Source of the DNA: Octopus vulgaris
Lineage: Eukaryota
Assembly (NCBI GenBank): GCA_951406725.2
Contig: OX597822.1
Span: 53,258,001-53,322,000, forward strand
Length of the DNA: 64,000 nt
Direction: 5' to 3'
Shown: positions 29,037-44,132 of the stretch, piece by piece
Numbering within the stretch: the stretch's first letter is position 1
Layout: the number at the start of each line of letters is the position of its first letter
The notes under the pieces: generated by a model
What the model was told of the DNA's origin: nothing
Seen by the model: only the letters and a program-made list of their open reading frames with translations
Database searches by the model: none
Made by a program: the position numbers and the translations under genes

Positions 29037-30379
29037 CACACATGTATGTATGTACGTATATATATGTATATGTATGCATATATGCATATGTATGTATTTG
29101 TGAATGAGGGGGCGCAGGTGCAGGCGGTTATGTATTTCGTGGACAAAAAATGTAAGAATCAACGAGAAAAGGGATAAAATAATGCTGAAGAGCTAAATGA
29201 TAATTTTTCCACCCTTCTTGCAGAGACACCCCCTTCTCTCCCCCTCTCCCTCTCTCTCTACCGCAGATTCAGTAGGGCATGTGATTGGTCCGTTTGAAAC
29301 AAACAACGATGTAATATTTCGCAAAAAAAAAAAAAATTATATGAAATAAGTAAATTATTTAATAAAAGTAACCCAACAATTTTCAGCAATATTTATCATA
29401 CTTTAACAATATCTAATGATGTCTTGCTTAGCAACAGAAAATGACGTCCACTACTATATTTAATGCGAGCAAAAAAGTAAAAAAATAAAAATGATTTGCA
29501 ATATGTAAGTACATCATCAAAGAAGACTTTATGAAATAACTGATTAAATCAGTTTGCAGGAATGGTTGTAATTATTTTACGACTTTTTCAATATGTTCAA
29601 CCAGAAAAATGATTTATTGTCGAATTTTCTTCTCTAAGCTATCAGCGTTCGAAAGTATTTTATTAAGAAGCAACGAAAAGACATTGCTAGCAATGAATAG
29701 AAAACAATTAACTTGCCGTTTAGAAATATATTTTCTATCGATGAAACGGTAAATATACAGAAAATATTCTATATACTTCGTATACGATTTATTCTTTGTT
29801 GTGTGGATAAGTAATTCCATTCAACTGGTCGACTCTCGATCACAAAGTAAAAAAAAAAGTAATGAAATATGTATTAATGAGAAACTTCTTACATATATTT
29901 ACGAGCATATTTGCATACAACATCAATCATATTGAGATTGCAAAATGATGAATTGGGTTCTCCGTCAGATTCGACGAGGATCGTTTCGATCGTTTGAACA
30001 AGTGAATTCCTATTCGTGCTATTAACGTGTAGGTTGCTGAGTATTCCGCAAAGAGGTAGGCCGTTAACCGAATCAACTCACCGACTGAAGATGATACTAT
30101 GTGAAAAGACTGGGTCTTTGAATTATGAATACAATCGAGAGAGAGGCAGAGATAGACAGACAGATAGACAGACAGGCAAACAGACAGACAGGCTGACTGA
30201 CTGACGGAGAAGAGAGAATAAAATCGACTGTAGTTACTAGTTCGTCAGTATATAAAGAGAAATTGTCTACCCTATGAACTGTATTGTAGTACACCAGACT
30301 TCTACCCTATGAACTGTATTGTAGTACACCAGACTTGCATGCGTCTTTACCAACTGGCAGTAGAATGGAAGGATTCCCA

Positions 30380-30545
30380 AGTCTGTGAACCGGGGAACCG
30401 TGACGCTGCTAAGAAAGGACCTAACAAGGGAGATGTAATTGATAATTTTAGGCCCACCACTCTGCTTAACGCAGAGTTGAAGATTTTGGCCAAGGTTTTA
30501 GCAAAAAGGTTGGCGCGGGTCGTGAGTGAACTTGTCAGGGAGGCA
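30380..30545 (+). mobile_element. Tx1/L1-type RT fragment
   Basis: KKGPNKGDVIDNFRPTTLLNAELKILAKVLAKRL (N-terminal part of the RT domain). Confidence 0.85.
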
Positions 30546-32348
30546 GTAACTGTCGAAGGGATGCTTAGTTGGTGCCATTGACCCCAATACTTGACTGATA
30601 TTTTATTTTATCGGCCCCATAACGATAATAGGCAAAAGACTAAACTCAGTGAAATTTAAACTCAGAACGTAATGAGCTGGAGGAAATACTGCAAAACATT
30701 TACTCCGGCACTCTAATAGTTCTGGAGTAAATAGTTACCATTTAATGACATAAAATTAAAAATGTTAACATAACCTATGTATTTTTAAATTTGCAATGTA
30801 ATATTTTTTTATAAGATATAAAATTATGAAAATGGAACTCGATTATAAATAAATAGATTTACAATCTACCGACTAAAATCTTCGACCTCATGTACAGAAT
30901 TTAAACAATATTTACTTCAGGTCTTGAAAACTCACAGTTTATTTCACCTTAAAACTCTTTACAAAAAGCGACCTGAATCTTTTCCATAATGATCAAAACT
31001 TTACTACATTTACACTAAATTATAATATATTTTATTTGATATATACATTAATACCTGCTCATGGCCGTGTTATTGGTGACTGAACCGACTCCTTACCGGG
31101 TTTGTAGGTTAAAAACAAAATCCATCCTTTCAAATCAAACGGAATCCATATTCTAGGGTGAAGAAGGCACACCAAGACCATCAATCCCCATAACACACTT
31201 AAATGGACGTTACACTAATATTTAATTAATTCCGTACCCGACTGGTTGCAGGAAGAAAGCCTATGATAGCGAGTTTTGGGAAAGACTGGTAAAAAAGAAA
31301 AAAAAAAAGAAATTCAAGTACCTCAACGCCAAAAATGTTATAGGAGGATATTATCTATTTATTTAACGCTCTCATGAAAGGTGATGTTGATCTTTGTGAA
31401 ATTTGAACTCAGACTGTAGTAGCAAGACCATATGGCATTTACCAAACGCACAAACGATTCTGTCAATTTGCTGTTTAAGCTGGAACAAGGACTATCCAAA
31501 AGTAACAATATGCTAATTCTCTGCCAAAGTGAGAACCTGTAAGTTATCACTCTATCCCTTAGAAATTACATTTTACTGTTTTACAAAAAGAGAAGAAGCA
31601 TTTGATAATATATTCCAAAAAACATTCTGTTGGGAAAAAGACAGAATGGCCACGGCTGGATCGATTAAAATTTACCTCTAACTAATCAATGACACCGATA
31701 ATAAGACCAACAATAAACACACGATAAAAATATTGAATGCGATTGGCAGAATCGTTAGAACATGAAACCAAATACCTGCAGGCTATGTTATATTTTTAAG
31801 GCGATGCCCCAGCACTGTTGCAGTCTAACGTCTGAAACATGTACAAGAGATAACTGCAAACCTTCCTCTTACCAGAAAACGCAGCAACATTTTGTACTTT
31901 TAGAAGAAATAATAAATACATTAAGGCAGGCAATAAATATAATACAACATCGCTTGGTCAGTATTTGTCATTGAATTCTTGTTATTACCACCTGCTTTGT
32001 TACAACTTTTCTTAAATTTATTAAATCGCAGTTTGTTATAGTTGTTGTCACAATCATCGTGCTTCTGTTTTCTCTCCTTCACTCAACATAAATCAACCCT
32101 TCTTGTATCTAGGATGTATCAATATGTCCTTCTTTTTTTAAGTGTGTGATTGTGATTGGAGAGGAATCTGTCTCTTTTTTCCACCAACTTTAGCGACCGC
32201 ATATCTCTGTGTTACATTGGCTACATTCATCAGACGCTCTGACGTAAAATGTAAATTACTTGAACTCATTCATATTTGATTTCTAATAGCGACACATCAG
32301 AGGTTTATAACAAGAAGATAGCGACAGAAAGATAGAGATTAGATACGT

Positions 32349-32406
<58 letters not shown>

Positions 32407-32722
32407 AATTAGGGATAAAACCACTATTATGCAACTCAAACAGTGATATACATAAACCAATACATAAATAACAAGTAATATATATAATAAATTTTTTTCT
32501 CCAAAAGGTATAAGATGAATGATAAATATAATATAAGTAAAAGCACTACGTACGTTTCATGGCTACAAATTCAACTGAAATAAATTTATGTCTATCACTA
32601 TTTGAGTTGCATAATAGTGGTTTTATCTCTAATTTATATTATATATATTTGTATTGTGGAATTTGATTTAATTCTAAATTGAATTTTTCCCTGTAAGTTT
32701 GGAGTTATACTCCCTAATATTT
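32407..32722 (-). mobile_element. Penelope-like fold-back remnant with hammerhead 3' half
   Basis: 50-bp inverted arms (32407-32456 / 32585-32634); minus-strand GAAAC-GTAC-GTA at 32547-32558; flanked by (TA)n. Confidence 0.6.
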
Positions 32723-32740
32723 TATATATATATATATATA

Positions 32741-33130
32741 TATGTTAATAAAATAGAACATATGCATATATATAAACATATATGTACGTACCTACCTCTA
32801 CATGTACATATACACGCATATATGTGTACAGGACACCAAAAAGACGTCGAACACATAGAGAGACGAAAAACAGAGACACAAACCAAGGAACAGGACAAGC
32901 AAAAAAAAAAAAAGGAGAGATACAGGACAATAAGCACAACGAAAAATCCCCTTCTTCAGTCGCTAAGGTTTCATCTACTCTACGTTTCGAAGGATAAAAG
33001 CGAGACGTATACTTCGAAGAAACTTCCTTCCTGCGAAAAGCAAATCAATTAAAATTCTGAGTTCTTTTCGCAGAGGGGTAAAAAATGGTAAAAAAAAACA
33101 AGACGGTAACGACAGTACAAACATATAAAC

Positions 33131-33166
<36 letters not shown>

Positions 33167-34058
33167 TATATATAAACAGTGGAAAAATAAATATATAACA
33201 GTGAGAGACAGGACAAGGAGAACAAGATAAGAAGGGCTGTTTACGCCAGACGAAAAAAGTATTGCAAACGCTGGATTATAGTGGACGACGAGAGAGAAAG
33301 AATGTCGACCAGTAGCCTTAGAAGGCGGGCGAGAAAAGACAGGATCGCAGTTACGACGGAAGTATCGTCGCAGATGGACGACGGGAATGGGGGAGGAGGA
33401 GCAAGAGGAAGAGAGAGAAGAAGGGGAATGGTGCGAGGAGACCATGAAGGTGCGAGGAGACCATGAAGAATGGTGAGGGGGAGAGAGAGAATGAAGAATG
33501 AGAGAGAGAGGAAGAGACAAGTTAAGTGAGGGAAAAAAGACGAAAAAGGGAATGGGAGAGAAAGAAAGAAAGATGCAGAGTCGCGTGAGAGTTAATATCA
33601 AGGCTAACTTGATAAACAGAACAATCTTACTTAATAGGGTGCGTGCGTTTAGTCGTATAATATGTTAATAAAATAGAACATATGCATATATATAAACATA
33701 TATGTACGTACCTACCTCTACATGTACATATACACGCATATATGTGTACAGGACACCAAAAAGACGTCGAACACATAGAGAGACGAAAAACAGAGACACA
33801 AACCAAGGAACAGGACAAGCAAAAAAAAAAAAAAGGAGAGATACAGGACAATAAGCACAACGAAAAATCCCCTTCTTCAGTCGCTAACGTTTCATCTACT
33901 CTACGTTTCGAAGGATAAAAGCGAGACGTATACTTCGAAGAAACTTCCTTCCTGCGAAAAGCAAATCAATTAAAATTCTGAGATCTTTTCGCAGAGGGGT
34001 AAAAAATGGTAAAAAAAAAGCAAGACGGTAACGACAGTACAAACATATAAACAGTAAA

Positions 34059-34107
<49 letters not shown>

Positions 34108-34990
34108 AGTGGAAAAATAAATATATAACAGTGAGAGACAGGACAAGGAGAACAAGATAAGAAGGGCTGTTTACGCCAGACGAAAAAAGTATTGCAAACG
34201 CTGGATTATAGTGGACGACGAGAGAGAAAGAATGTCGACCAGTAGCCTTAGAAGGCGGGCGAGAAAAGACAGGATCGCAGTTACGACGGAAGTATCGTCG
34301 CAGATGGACGACGGGAATGGGGGAGGAGGAGCAAGAGGAAGAGAGAGAAGAAGGGGAATGGTGCGAGGAGACCATGAAGGTGCGAGGAGACCATGAAGAA
34401 TGGTGAGGGGGAGAGAGAGAATGAAGAATGAGAGAGAGAGGAAGAGACAAGTTAAGTGAGGGAAAAAAGACGAAAAAGGGAATGGGAGAGAAAGAAAGAA
34501 AGATGCAGAGTCGCGTGAGAGTTAATATCAAGGCTAACTTGATAAACAGAACAATCTTACTTAATAGGGTGCGTGCGTTTAGTCGTATAATATGTTAATA
34601 AAATAGAACATATGCATATATATAAACATATATGTACGTACCTACCTCTACATGTACATATACACGCATATATGTGTACAGGACACCAAAAAGACGTCGA
34701 ACACATAGAGAGACGAAAAACAGAGACACAAACCAAGGAACAGGACAAGCAAAAAAAAAAAAAAGGAGAGATACAGGACAATAAGCACAACGAAAAATCC
34801 CCTTCTTCAGTCGCTAACGTTTCATCTACTCTACGTTTCGAAGGATAAAAGCGAGACGTATACTTCGAAGAAACTTCCTTCCTGCGAAAAGCAAATCAAT
34901 TAAAATTCTGAGATCTTTTCGCAGAGGGGTAAAAAATGGTAAAAAAAAAGCAAGACGGTAACGACAGTACAAACATATAAACAGTAAAAA

Positions 34991-35030
<40 letters not shown>

Positions 35031-35922
35031 TAAACAGTGGAAAAATAAATATATAACAGTGAGAGACAGGACAAGGAGAACAAGATAAGAAGGGCTGTTT
35101 ACGCCAGACGAAAAAAGTATTGCAAACGCTGGATTATAGTGGACGACGAGAGAGAAAGAATGTCGACCAGTAGCCTTAGAAGGCGGGCGAGAAAAGACAG
35201 GATAGCAGTTACGACGGAAGTATCGTCGCAGATGGACGACGGGAATGGGGGAGGAGGAGCAAGAGGAAGAGAGAGAAGAAGGGGAATGGTGCGAGGAGAC
35301 CATGAAGGTGCGAGGAGACCATGAAGAATGGTGAGGGGGAGAGAGAGAATGAAGAATGAGAGAGAGAGGAAGAGACAAGTTAAGTGAGGGAAAAAAAGAC
35401 GAAAAAGGGAATGGGAGAGAAAGAAAGAAAGATGCAGAGTCGCGTGAGAGTTAATATCAAGGCTAACTTGATAAACAGAACAATCTTACTTAATAGGGTG
35501 CGTGCGTTTAGTCGTATAATATGTTAATAAAATAGAACATATGCATATATATAAACATATATGTACGTACCTACCTCTACATGTACATATACACGCATAT
35601 ATGTGTACAGGACACCAAAAAGACGTCGAACACATAGAGAGACGAAAAACAGAGACACAAACCAAGGAACAGGACAAGCAAAAAAAAAAAAAAAGGAGAG
35701 ATACAGGACAATAAGTACAACGAAAAATCCCCTTCTTCAGTCGCTAACGTTTCATCTACTCTACGTTTCGAAGGATAAAAGCGAGACGTATACTTCGAAG
35801 AAACTTCCTTCCTGCGAAAAGCAAATCAATTAAAATTCTGAGATCTTTTCGCAGAGGGGTAAAAAATGGTAAAAAAAAAGCAAGACGGTAACGACAGTAC
35901 AAACATATAAACAGTAAAAAAA

Positions 35923-35962
<40 letters not shown>

Positions 35963-36473
35963 TATAAACAGTGGAAAAATAAATATATAACAGTGAGAGA
36001 CAGGACAAGGAGAACAAGATAAGAAGGGCTGTTTACGCCAGACGAAAAAAGTATTGCAAACGCTGGATTATAGTGGACGACGAGAGAGAAAGAATGTCGA
36101 CCAGTAGCCTTAGAAGGCGGGCGAGAAAAGACAGGATAGCAGTTACGACGGAAGTATCGTCGCAGATGGACGACGGGAATGGGGGAGGAGGAGCAAGAGG
36201 AAGAGAGAGAAGAAGGGGAATGGTGCGAGGAGACCATGAAGGTGCGAGGAGACCATGAAGAATGGTGAGGGGGAGAGAGAATGAAGAATGAGAGAGAGAG
36301 GAAGAGACAAGTTAAGTGAGGGAAAAAAAGACGAAAAAGGGAATGGGAGAGAAAGAAAGAAAGATGCAGAGTCGCGTGAGAGTTAATATCAAGGCTAACT
36401 TGATAAACAGAACAATCTTACTTAATAGGGTGCGTGCGTTTAGTCGTATAATATGTTAATAAAATAGAACATA

Positions 36474-36480
<7 letters not shown>
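32741..36480. repeat. Tandem array of four ~930-bp near-identical units in (TA)n
   Basis: Unit starts at 32741, 33661, 34591, 35520 and (partial) 36452; differences are mostly in A and TA run lengths. Confidence 0.98.
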
Positions 36481-36546
<66 letters not shown>

Positions 36547-36632
36547 AAAAAATGAAGTTCGAAAATGCTGCTGTATTATACAATTTTTATAGAGAGAGAG
36601 AGAGAGAGAGAGAGAGATAGGTAGATAGATAT

Positions 36633-36681
<49 letters not shown>

Positions 36682-36739
36682 CAGACAAAAGAAAAGACTA
36701 CTCAACATACTCTGTAGGTTATATTTATATGTTTAAGGT

Positions 36740-37340
36740 ATATTCCACATGTTTTGAGATTTTTGCAAGAGAGTAGTTATTTCAAAGTACAAAATTTTCC
36801 TTCAAAATAGAATCCTCTGACTACAATACATTTCTTGTAACGCCCCAGCCACTTTGTGAATTCCCCATGGAAGTTCTCGAAAGTGAAGGTATCCAGGACC
36901 TTTGTCACAGCTTTCTTCGTCTACTTCTTCAGCTTCGGAAACAACTAAAAGCCATAGGGAGCAGGGTCTGACCGATAGAGAGGGTGAGGAACAGATTTAA
37001 ACAGGGGATCATCATGAGTTTCCCAGTGGACTTCCATTTGCCTGGCCTCATGTGCAAGCGAAAAAGAAGATGCTTGGCTCATAAAAGTTAATCTATTAGC
37101 AGTCTTGAGCATTTCGTAAGTTTCTGTGGCGTTTTTGCACATTTTAACACAAACCTTTATCGCATGCCGAACGTCCAAATTGTCTTCGTGTCCCGGCCGC
37201 ATTCTGCAGACTAGTCGGTTGTGACAAGCAATATTTAGTAGGGTGCTTTCAAAGCGCTTGGAGTAATAATAGTTGACAGGTCAATGTATTAGATACATAG
37301 TTATGATATACTAAAATCACAATTATCTAGGAGAGTTATA
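36740..37340 (-). mobile_element. Internally deleted mariner relic
   Basis: RHAIKVCVKMCKNATETYEML (HTH) fused to VPHPLYRSDPAPYGF (degenerate HPPYSPDLAP.DF). Confidence 0.7.
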
Positions 37341-37676
37341 ACTACCTATTCTAAGAAAATGTCATATTTATATGTATGTGTGCGTATATCGAAAAAGCAT
37401 ATGACTTAATTTTGGATGGGAGCTTAACGAAGATTCGAACTCAGAGTGCAGAAGACTGCGACTACATACTTCAAAGCTTCTTCGCCAGTACTCTACCGTC
37501 ACTACCATATCATCACCTTCGTTTCCCTACCAAGTAATGATAAAAATGTGTTCCCGCCACTAACACAACCAAATGTTCACTAGTTTGATTGAATCTCAGA
37601 AAACTTCATATGTGAGATCCATTTGTTCTCTCTCTCTCTCTTTCTATCTCACTCTCTCTATCTCTTTCTCTCTCTG

Positions 37677-37716
<40 letters not shown>

Positions 37717-37723
37717 TATATAT

Positions 37724-37772
<49 letters not shown>

Positions 37773-38179
37773 TAATTATAATATAATTATATTAAATGAT
37801 GCGGATAAACCCCACCAATACACTAGAAATAGACGCCAAATGGCTCTAAAAACCACATATACAATCCATTATCATTTGTTGTAAGTGGGCAGATGAAAAA
37901 TGAATAAGATTTTTTTTTAATTACTTAATTGTAGGTCGATTTCTAGCTTAAGGTTGTAAAACCCCTGCCGTAAACAGTACAGTATGCCAAGAGTATATAA
38001 GTGAAATAAAAAACCATACAGATAGCAATTTATACTTTATAATTACAATATGATTATATTAAGGAGTGCGAATAAACCACACCAACACACTAGAAATAGA
38101 CGGCAAAACCTGTATGGCTTTTTTTTCATTTCACGTTGGTCACTTGATAAAATCATTAAAGTGGTTTTATCTTTAACTT

Positions 38180-38927
<748 letters not shown>

Positions 38928-38996
38928 TATACATATATACATATATATATATGTACGTATGTATGTATGTATGCATCTATGAATGTATTATGTATG

Positions 38997-39077
<81 letters not shown>

Positions 39078-40754
39078 GAAGGAATGACACCAGGTAGCCC
39101 AAACTGTGAATGTGCTTTACTCAGCACACTAATTGACATATACACATTAGCCCCGCCCCCCCTAAAAATTATACCCACACATACACGCATATACAGATAG
39201 ATAGATATATACGTATGTATGTATGTATGTATGTATGTATGTATGTATGTATGTATGAATGTTTCCCCTCTCGCTTTCTCTCTCCTCCCTCTGATTGCTT
39301 GTATGCATGTACGTCTGCCTTCACTATCCGTCTAGCTCTGACAGTTTCTAACTCTAACTCCCTATATCTCCTCTCTCTCTCTCACTTATTGACTACCTAT
39401 TCCCAAATATGGAAGCAATAAGTATATTTCAAAAAAAAAAAAATACATCACTGAGGTTAATTACAAGTATAAAGTTAGACCACATGAGAGTTTCAGCTCA
39501 GTTACTCCAAATTCAAAAGGTATTTGTTTGTTTTGTTGGTAGGAATTATATCCCGCATGGGCAATCACAGAGGAAATAGTAATATTTATGATATTCGAAG
39601 AAAAATTTAAAGCAGCGTTAAGTAAATATTTTTCTTGATTCTAAGCCTGCTTGGCACAGTGTCTTCTATGTCAATATTAAAGACACAATCGAGGAAAGAA
39701 ATCGGAAATTGCGAAACGGATGATTTTAAGTTGGTACTTCAACAATAACACCAATTATGTACCGGAAGACAACACAGGTAATACATGATATACTTATATA
39801 AAATCAATATCCAATCACAACATATATCTTCAAAATCTTCTGAATGAATATTCGCTTATTGTAATTGAGCATCAGTAGAGATATTTAAATACTATTGAAG
39901 TGTCTTCTGTTTAGTTTACAGGGAAAGAGTTTTAGCAAGAAGAATAATTAGCCTGTTGAATTAACTATCTTTCGCTGTCATTTTTCATTAACAGAAACGT
40001 AGTCGAACTAAACTAACTTATTACACGATAAGCTGTCACCTCTTATGTCCAATCTACACGTTATGCCTGAATTTAATGTGACAGTATAATTGCTTATTAA
40101 AACAAGATTATTAACAAACCGTGTTCATGTTTAGAATAGTATTGATCAAATACTGTAATGACATCTAGGACATCTGCTCTTCTAAACAGGCCTCCCGCGT
40201 GAATTTTCTACCCATAGTCTCTAATCATAGCTGCTCCACTCCTTCGTAGTACCCTCGCTGCGACTCGTTTCTCATACTCACTCATTAAATACTTAAACAC
40301 TTTGCTCAGTCTTCACCACGCCTCGCTGAGAACTGCAATCCTTGGGAATTTCTTCCCACCCAAACATTTTTTTGTAAGCTTTAATCTGCAAATGCTTAAG
40401 CTCAACATCAACACCTTATAAATGTTATAGGGCTAGCGTATGGTTAAATTAATGGTTTCAGATTTTGGCACAAAGCTAATAATTTCGAAGGAGGTGTTGA
40501 TTACATCGACTCCAGTGCACAACTGCTACTTATTATATTGATTCCCAAAGGACAGAAGGCAAAGTCGATGTCGGTGGAATCTTAACTCAGAACGTAAAGA
40601 AGGATATAATGCTGCTAAGTATTTTCCCCTTCGTACTAACGAATCTGCCAGCTGACCACCTTAGTGTGTGATTAAATTACTAAATAAAAAAAACCCGCAT
40701 AAACCAGACTAGTAACATTAATTATTTAACTGTTTCCTCTGTATCTGACGAGGA

Positions 40755-42796
40755 ATGTTACAGGAATCTGGGGGGTGGATGAAAATACATCTTACAGTGG
40801 CACCCCTTAACAGAACAGGCGTCACTAAAGAATATTACAGCCGAAGAAAGAAAATATGGACCTCAGAACTCTCTGCATTCAATAAAACAGTGGCCCACAG
40901 TGTGTTTGCAGTGCCAGTACTCATAACAACATTTGGGCTGCTTGATTGGACACTTGATGAGATCCGAGCCATTGATGTGAAAACCCGAAAAATACTAACA
41001 AGAACACATAATTTCCACATAAACAGTGACGTAGACCGCCTCTACCTAAAACGAAAACAAGGCGCAAGAGGCTTAACATCGATCCAGAATGCCTTTGAAT
41101 GTCGCATCATATCCCTTCGGCAACATCTTTTAACCAGCAAGTGCCGAAGTGCATCCCTTGACCACGTTTGCATACATGAAGCTGATAACATCATAAGACT
41201 TAGAAGGCAGCTCCATGAGCAACACACTTTGTCTGATAACCTAGAATACATGCCCAAAGAAGTCGCACGACTCTACCGCAACGTATCATCAGATAAAAGG
41301 ATGTGCCTATATGAGCAGAAGACTATGCATGGATATGTTATTAGAAAGCTCCGTAATGATAGTAACATCGATCATCAAACCTGTTTATCATGGACCAATA
41401 GCCGGGTTACAACCTCCCACTCGGAAAGATATGCGTTTGTAATCCAGGAACAGGGAATATCAACCAAGTATCTGATGCACAAAAGGGAGATACAGGTAAA
41501 GCCGTAAAGTGTGACAACAAATGCAGACTTTGTGGAGTTCACACTGAATATACAGTGTGAATACAGTATTTTCAATCCTATTGAAAATGTATGGAATATT
41601 CTAGGAGAACGTTCGAAAGCCAGAATTCCTAAAACAACTGAGCAATTATGGAATGCCCTTCAGGAAGAATGGAATAAGATCACCCAGCAAGAAATTGAAA
41701 ATTTAATTTCCTCATGCAGTCGAAGATGTCAGAGTGTGATTGAAGCTAAAGGGCTTCACACTAAATATTAAATAATTCCAGTATTCTCTGTCATTTTTGA
41801 TTATTTTGTTATTTTTTCAACCGTTCTGATCATTTTGGCTGCCATGGGGTTTTGCAGTAAATCACTAAATCATCCATAACTTTTGTATTATCTTCTAAAA
41901 TTACACTGAAATCTCAGGCAATAACAAATAATATTGTATCTATTGTCTGTGAAAATTATAGAATATAAAACAACTTTGATAAAAAATTATATCTACTTTT
42001 CTGACGAAAACAATGCCGTTCTGAACATTTTGGCCGCAACTGTATTACCCACATCATAAGCAGCTGTCCGAAAATGTCATCACTGTATTATCTACCGATG
42101 AGACATTACGTTGTAGCTAGGACACTACAAAAATCTGTTTGAAGGATAATCCCAAGGACAAAGAAATAAGAGCCTACAATGTGGCAGAAGCCATAGCCAC
42201 TCATGATAAAAAGTAATACTGGTGGAATGTCTCAGTGAAGACCTCAATAAAATGTAAGCACGACAGATCTGATATAATGATTTGGGATAGAGAAGGAAAA
42301 CGGTGCACAGTTGTGGAAATTAGCTGCTCAACGGGTGTTAACATAAAGCTGAAGATCAGTGAAAAAGAGAACACCTATGCTTAACTATTGAGAAATCTGC
42401 AGTTACTTCATCCAGATTACAAGTTCTGGTTTATACCTGTAATTATTGGGGATATGTTACATAATGCCTAAATACCGATTTTGAGGAATTAGGCTTCTCA
42501 AAACCAGAAGGGAGGGAGTTAATTCGAAGACTACAGATCCAATCCATCATTGGAACTGTAAAAATCTGTAAAACTTTCCAGAAGTTTATCATTTAAATAT
42601 ATATGAGCATGTCTAGATATGCAACTATATGCATGAGAAGACATACATAAAACATACAAATCTGCACATACATACATACATACATACATACATACATACA
42701 TACATACATACATACATACATACATGCATACATACATACATACATACATACATACATACATACATACATACATACATACATACATACATACATACA

Positions 42797-42827
<31 letters not shown>

Positions 42828-42950
42828 GTTACATACATACATACAAAAATACCCTGTTGTTGATGTTGAAATTCCAATGAAGGAGCCTTGGATCTAGGTT
42901 AGAAACCGGTTCTTTCTCTATTGGCAAGAAATCTTGAAATAAACTGAATA
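40755..42950 (+). mobile_element. 5'-truncated R4/Dong-clade LINE (thumb, CCHC, REL endonuclease), interrupted by a Tc1 piece
   Basis: 250-aa ORF with KKIWTSELSAFNK and DRLYLKRKQGARGL; CRLC..H..C knuckle; HDRSDIMIWDR..CTVVEISC endonuclease motif; ends KTFQKFII*; 3'UTR contains (TACA)n. Confidence 0.9.
41553..42042 (+). mobile_element. Deleted Tc1-like element (IR/DR type) inserted at TA in the LINE zinc knuckle
   Basis: NPIENVW...CQSVIEAKGLHTKY* C-terminus; right end ...TTGGCCGCAACTG|TA with inner direct repeat at 41821; removing it restores LINE frame HTEYITHIISSC. Confidence 0.88.
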
Positions 42951-43184
42951 ACGACATATATACAGACACTACGTTTGAGCAGTAATATAGCCACAGCAAC
43001 GAGGTTGATTAAAACGAAAATATATACTCAAATTAACTGAAACTTTAGGATACAATAAACGTTATGTATGTATGTATGTATATATATATATATATATATT
43101 ACTGAATGTGTGTATATATATATATACACACACATACATACTTACACACATACACGTAGATATGTATATATATATATATATATG

Positions 43185-43240
<56 letters not shown>

Positions 43241-43781
43241 CACACGCACACACAAATATACATGTGTGTGTATGTATCTATGTGTGTAAATTTTGACAAT
43301 GAAATGCCGCAGGATTTCATTATAGACTCTTCTGTCAATAAATCGTATTGAGAATATATATATAACAATGACATCGGTGAAAAACTCCGATATCAAAAGA
43401 GATTGACAACACAACGTATAGAACCAAGTCAGAAAGATAAGCCAGGAGATAAGCTATATTTTAAAAGTCCACTCAACACAGAGACAATAGTCATTACCCA
43501 TTACTTTCACAATTCATGCATAAATATTTAGTCAACAGCATTTAAAAGCCGTTAAAATGTTTATGTTAACGCTACACCACCTAGTAGGCCATTTAGATTA
43601 GGTAGCAGACAAAATATACAAGCATATACTGGCATGGCTGCGTGGTAAGAAGCTTGCTTCTAAACTGTATAGTTCGGGCTCAGACTCACTGCGTTCTATC
43701 TTGGGTGTCTTCTATTATAGACCTGGCCGACTGAAGGCTTGCGTGTGGATATGTTAGACAAAAAAAATAAAGGCCCTCATA

Positions 43782-43850
<69 letters not shown>

Positions 43851-43854
<4 letters not shown>

Positions 43855-44048
43855 AGAGTTTACGAGGAAAACAAAAGACGAAGACAGGTTGTGTACAAAA
43901 CAAACAGATGTATTAGTATAATGCTCAGGAGTAGAAAAAGTCTTTTACGTTTCGAGCCTACGCTCTTCTACAGAAAGGGGCACAGAAAAAACAAGGAGAG
44001 AAACAAGGAGAGAAAAAAAGTGTGTAGTGGCTAACGATCTATCATGGC
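43851..44048 (-). mobile_element. ~200-bp hammerhead-carrying element in (TA)n
   Basis: Inverted near-copy of 53328-53532. Confidence 0.9.
43942..43977 (-). ncRNA. Minimal type I hammerhead (A6U variant)
   Basis: CTTT-CTGTAGA-A-GAGC(gtag)GCTC-GAAA-CG-TA^AAAG. Confidence 0.75.
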
Positions 44049-44132
44049 AATATATATATATATATATATATAATTATGTACATATATATATGTATATGTA
44101 TATATATACATATAAATATACATGCATGCATA

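Noticed and set aside
33860-33950. Permuted hammerhead in the 930-bp unit
   Set aside because: Both core halves are present on the minus strand, but no valid stem I can be formed, so it is not called a ribozyme.
32975-36258. Repeated 61-211-aa ORFs in the tandem array
   Set aside because: Low-complexity products of purine skew; frames change with homopolymer length between units.
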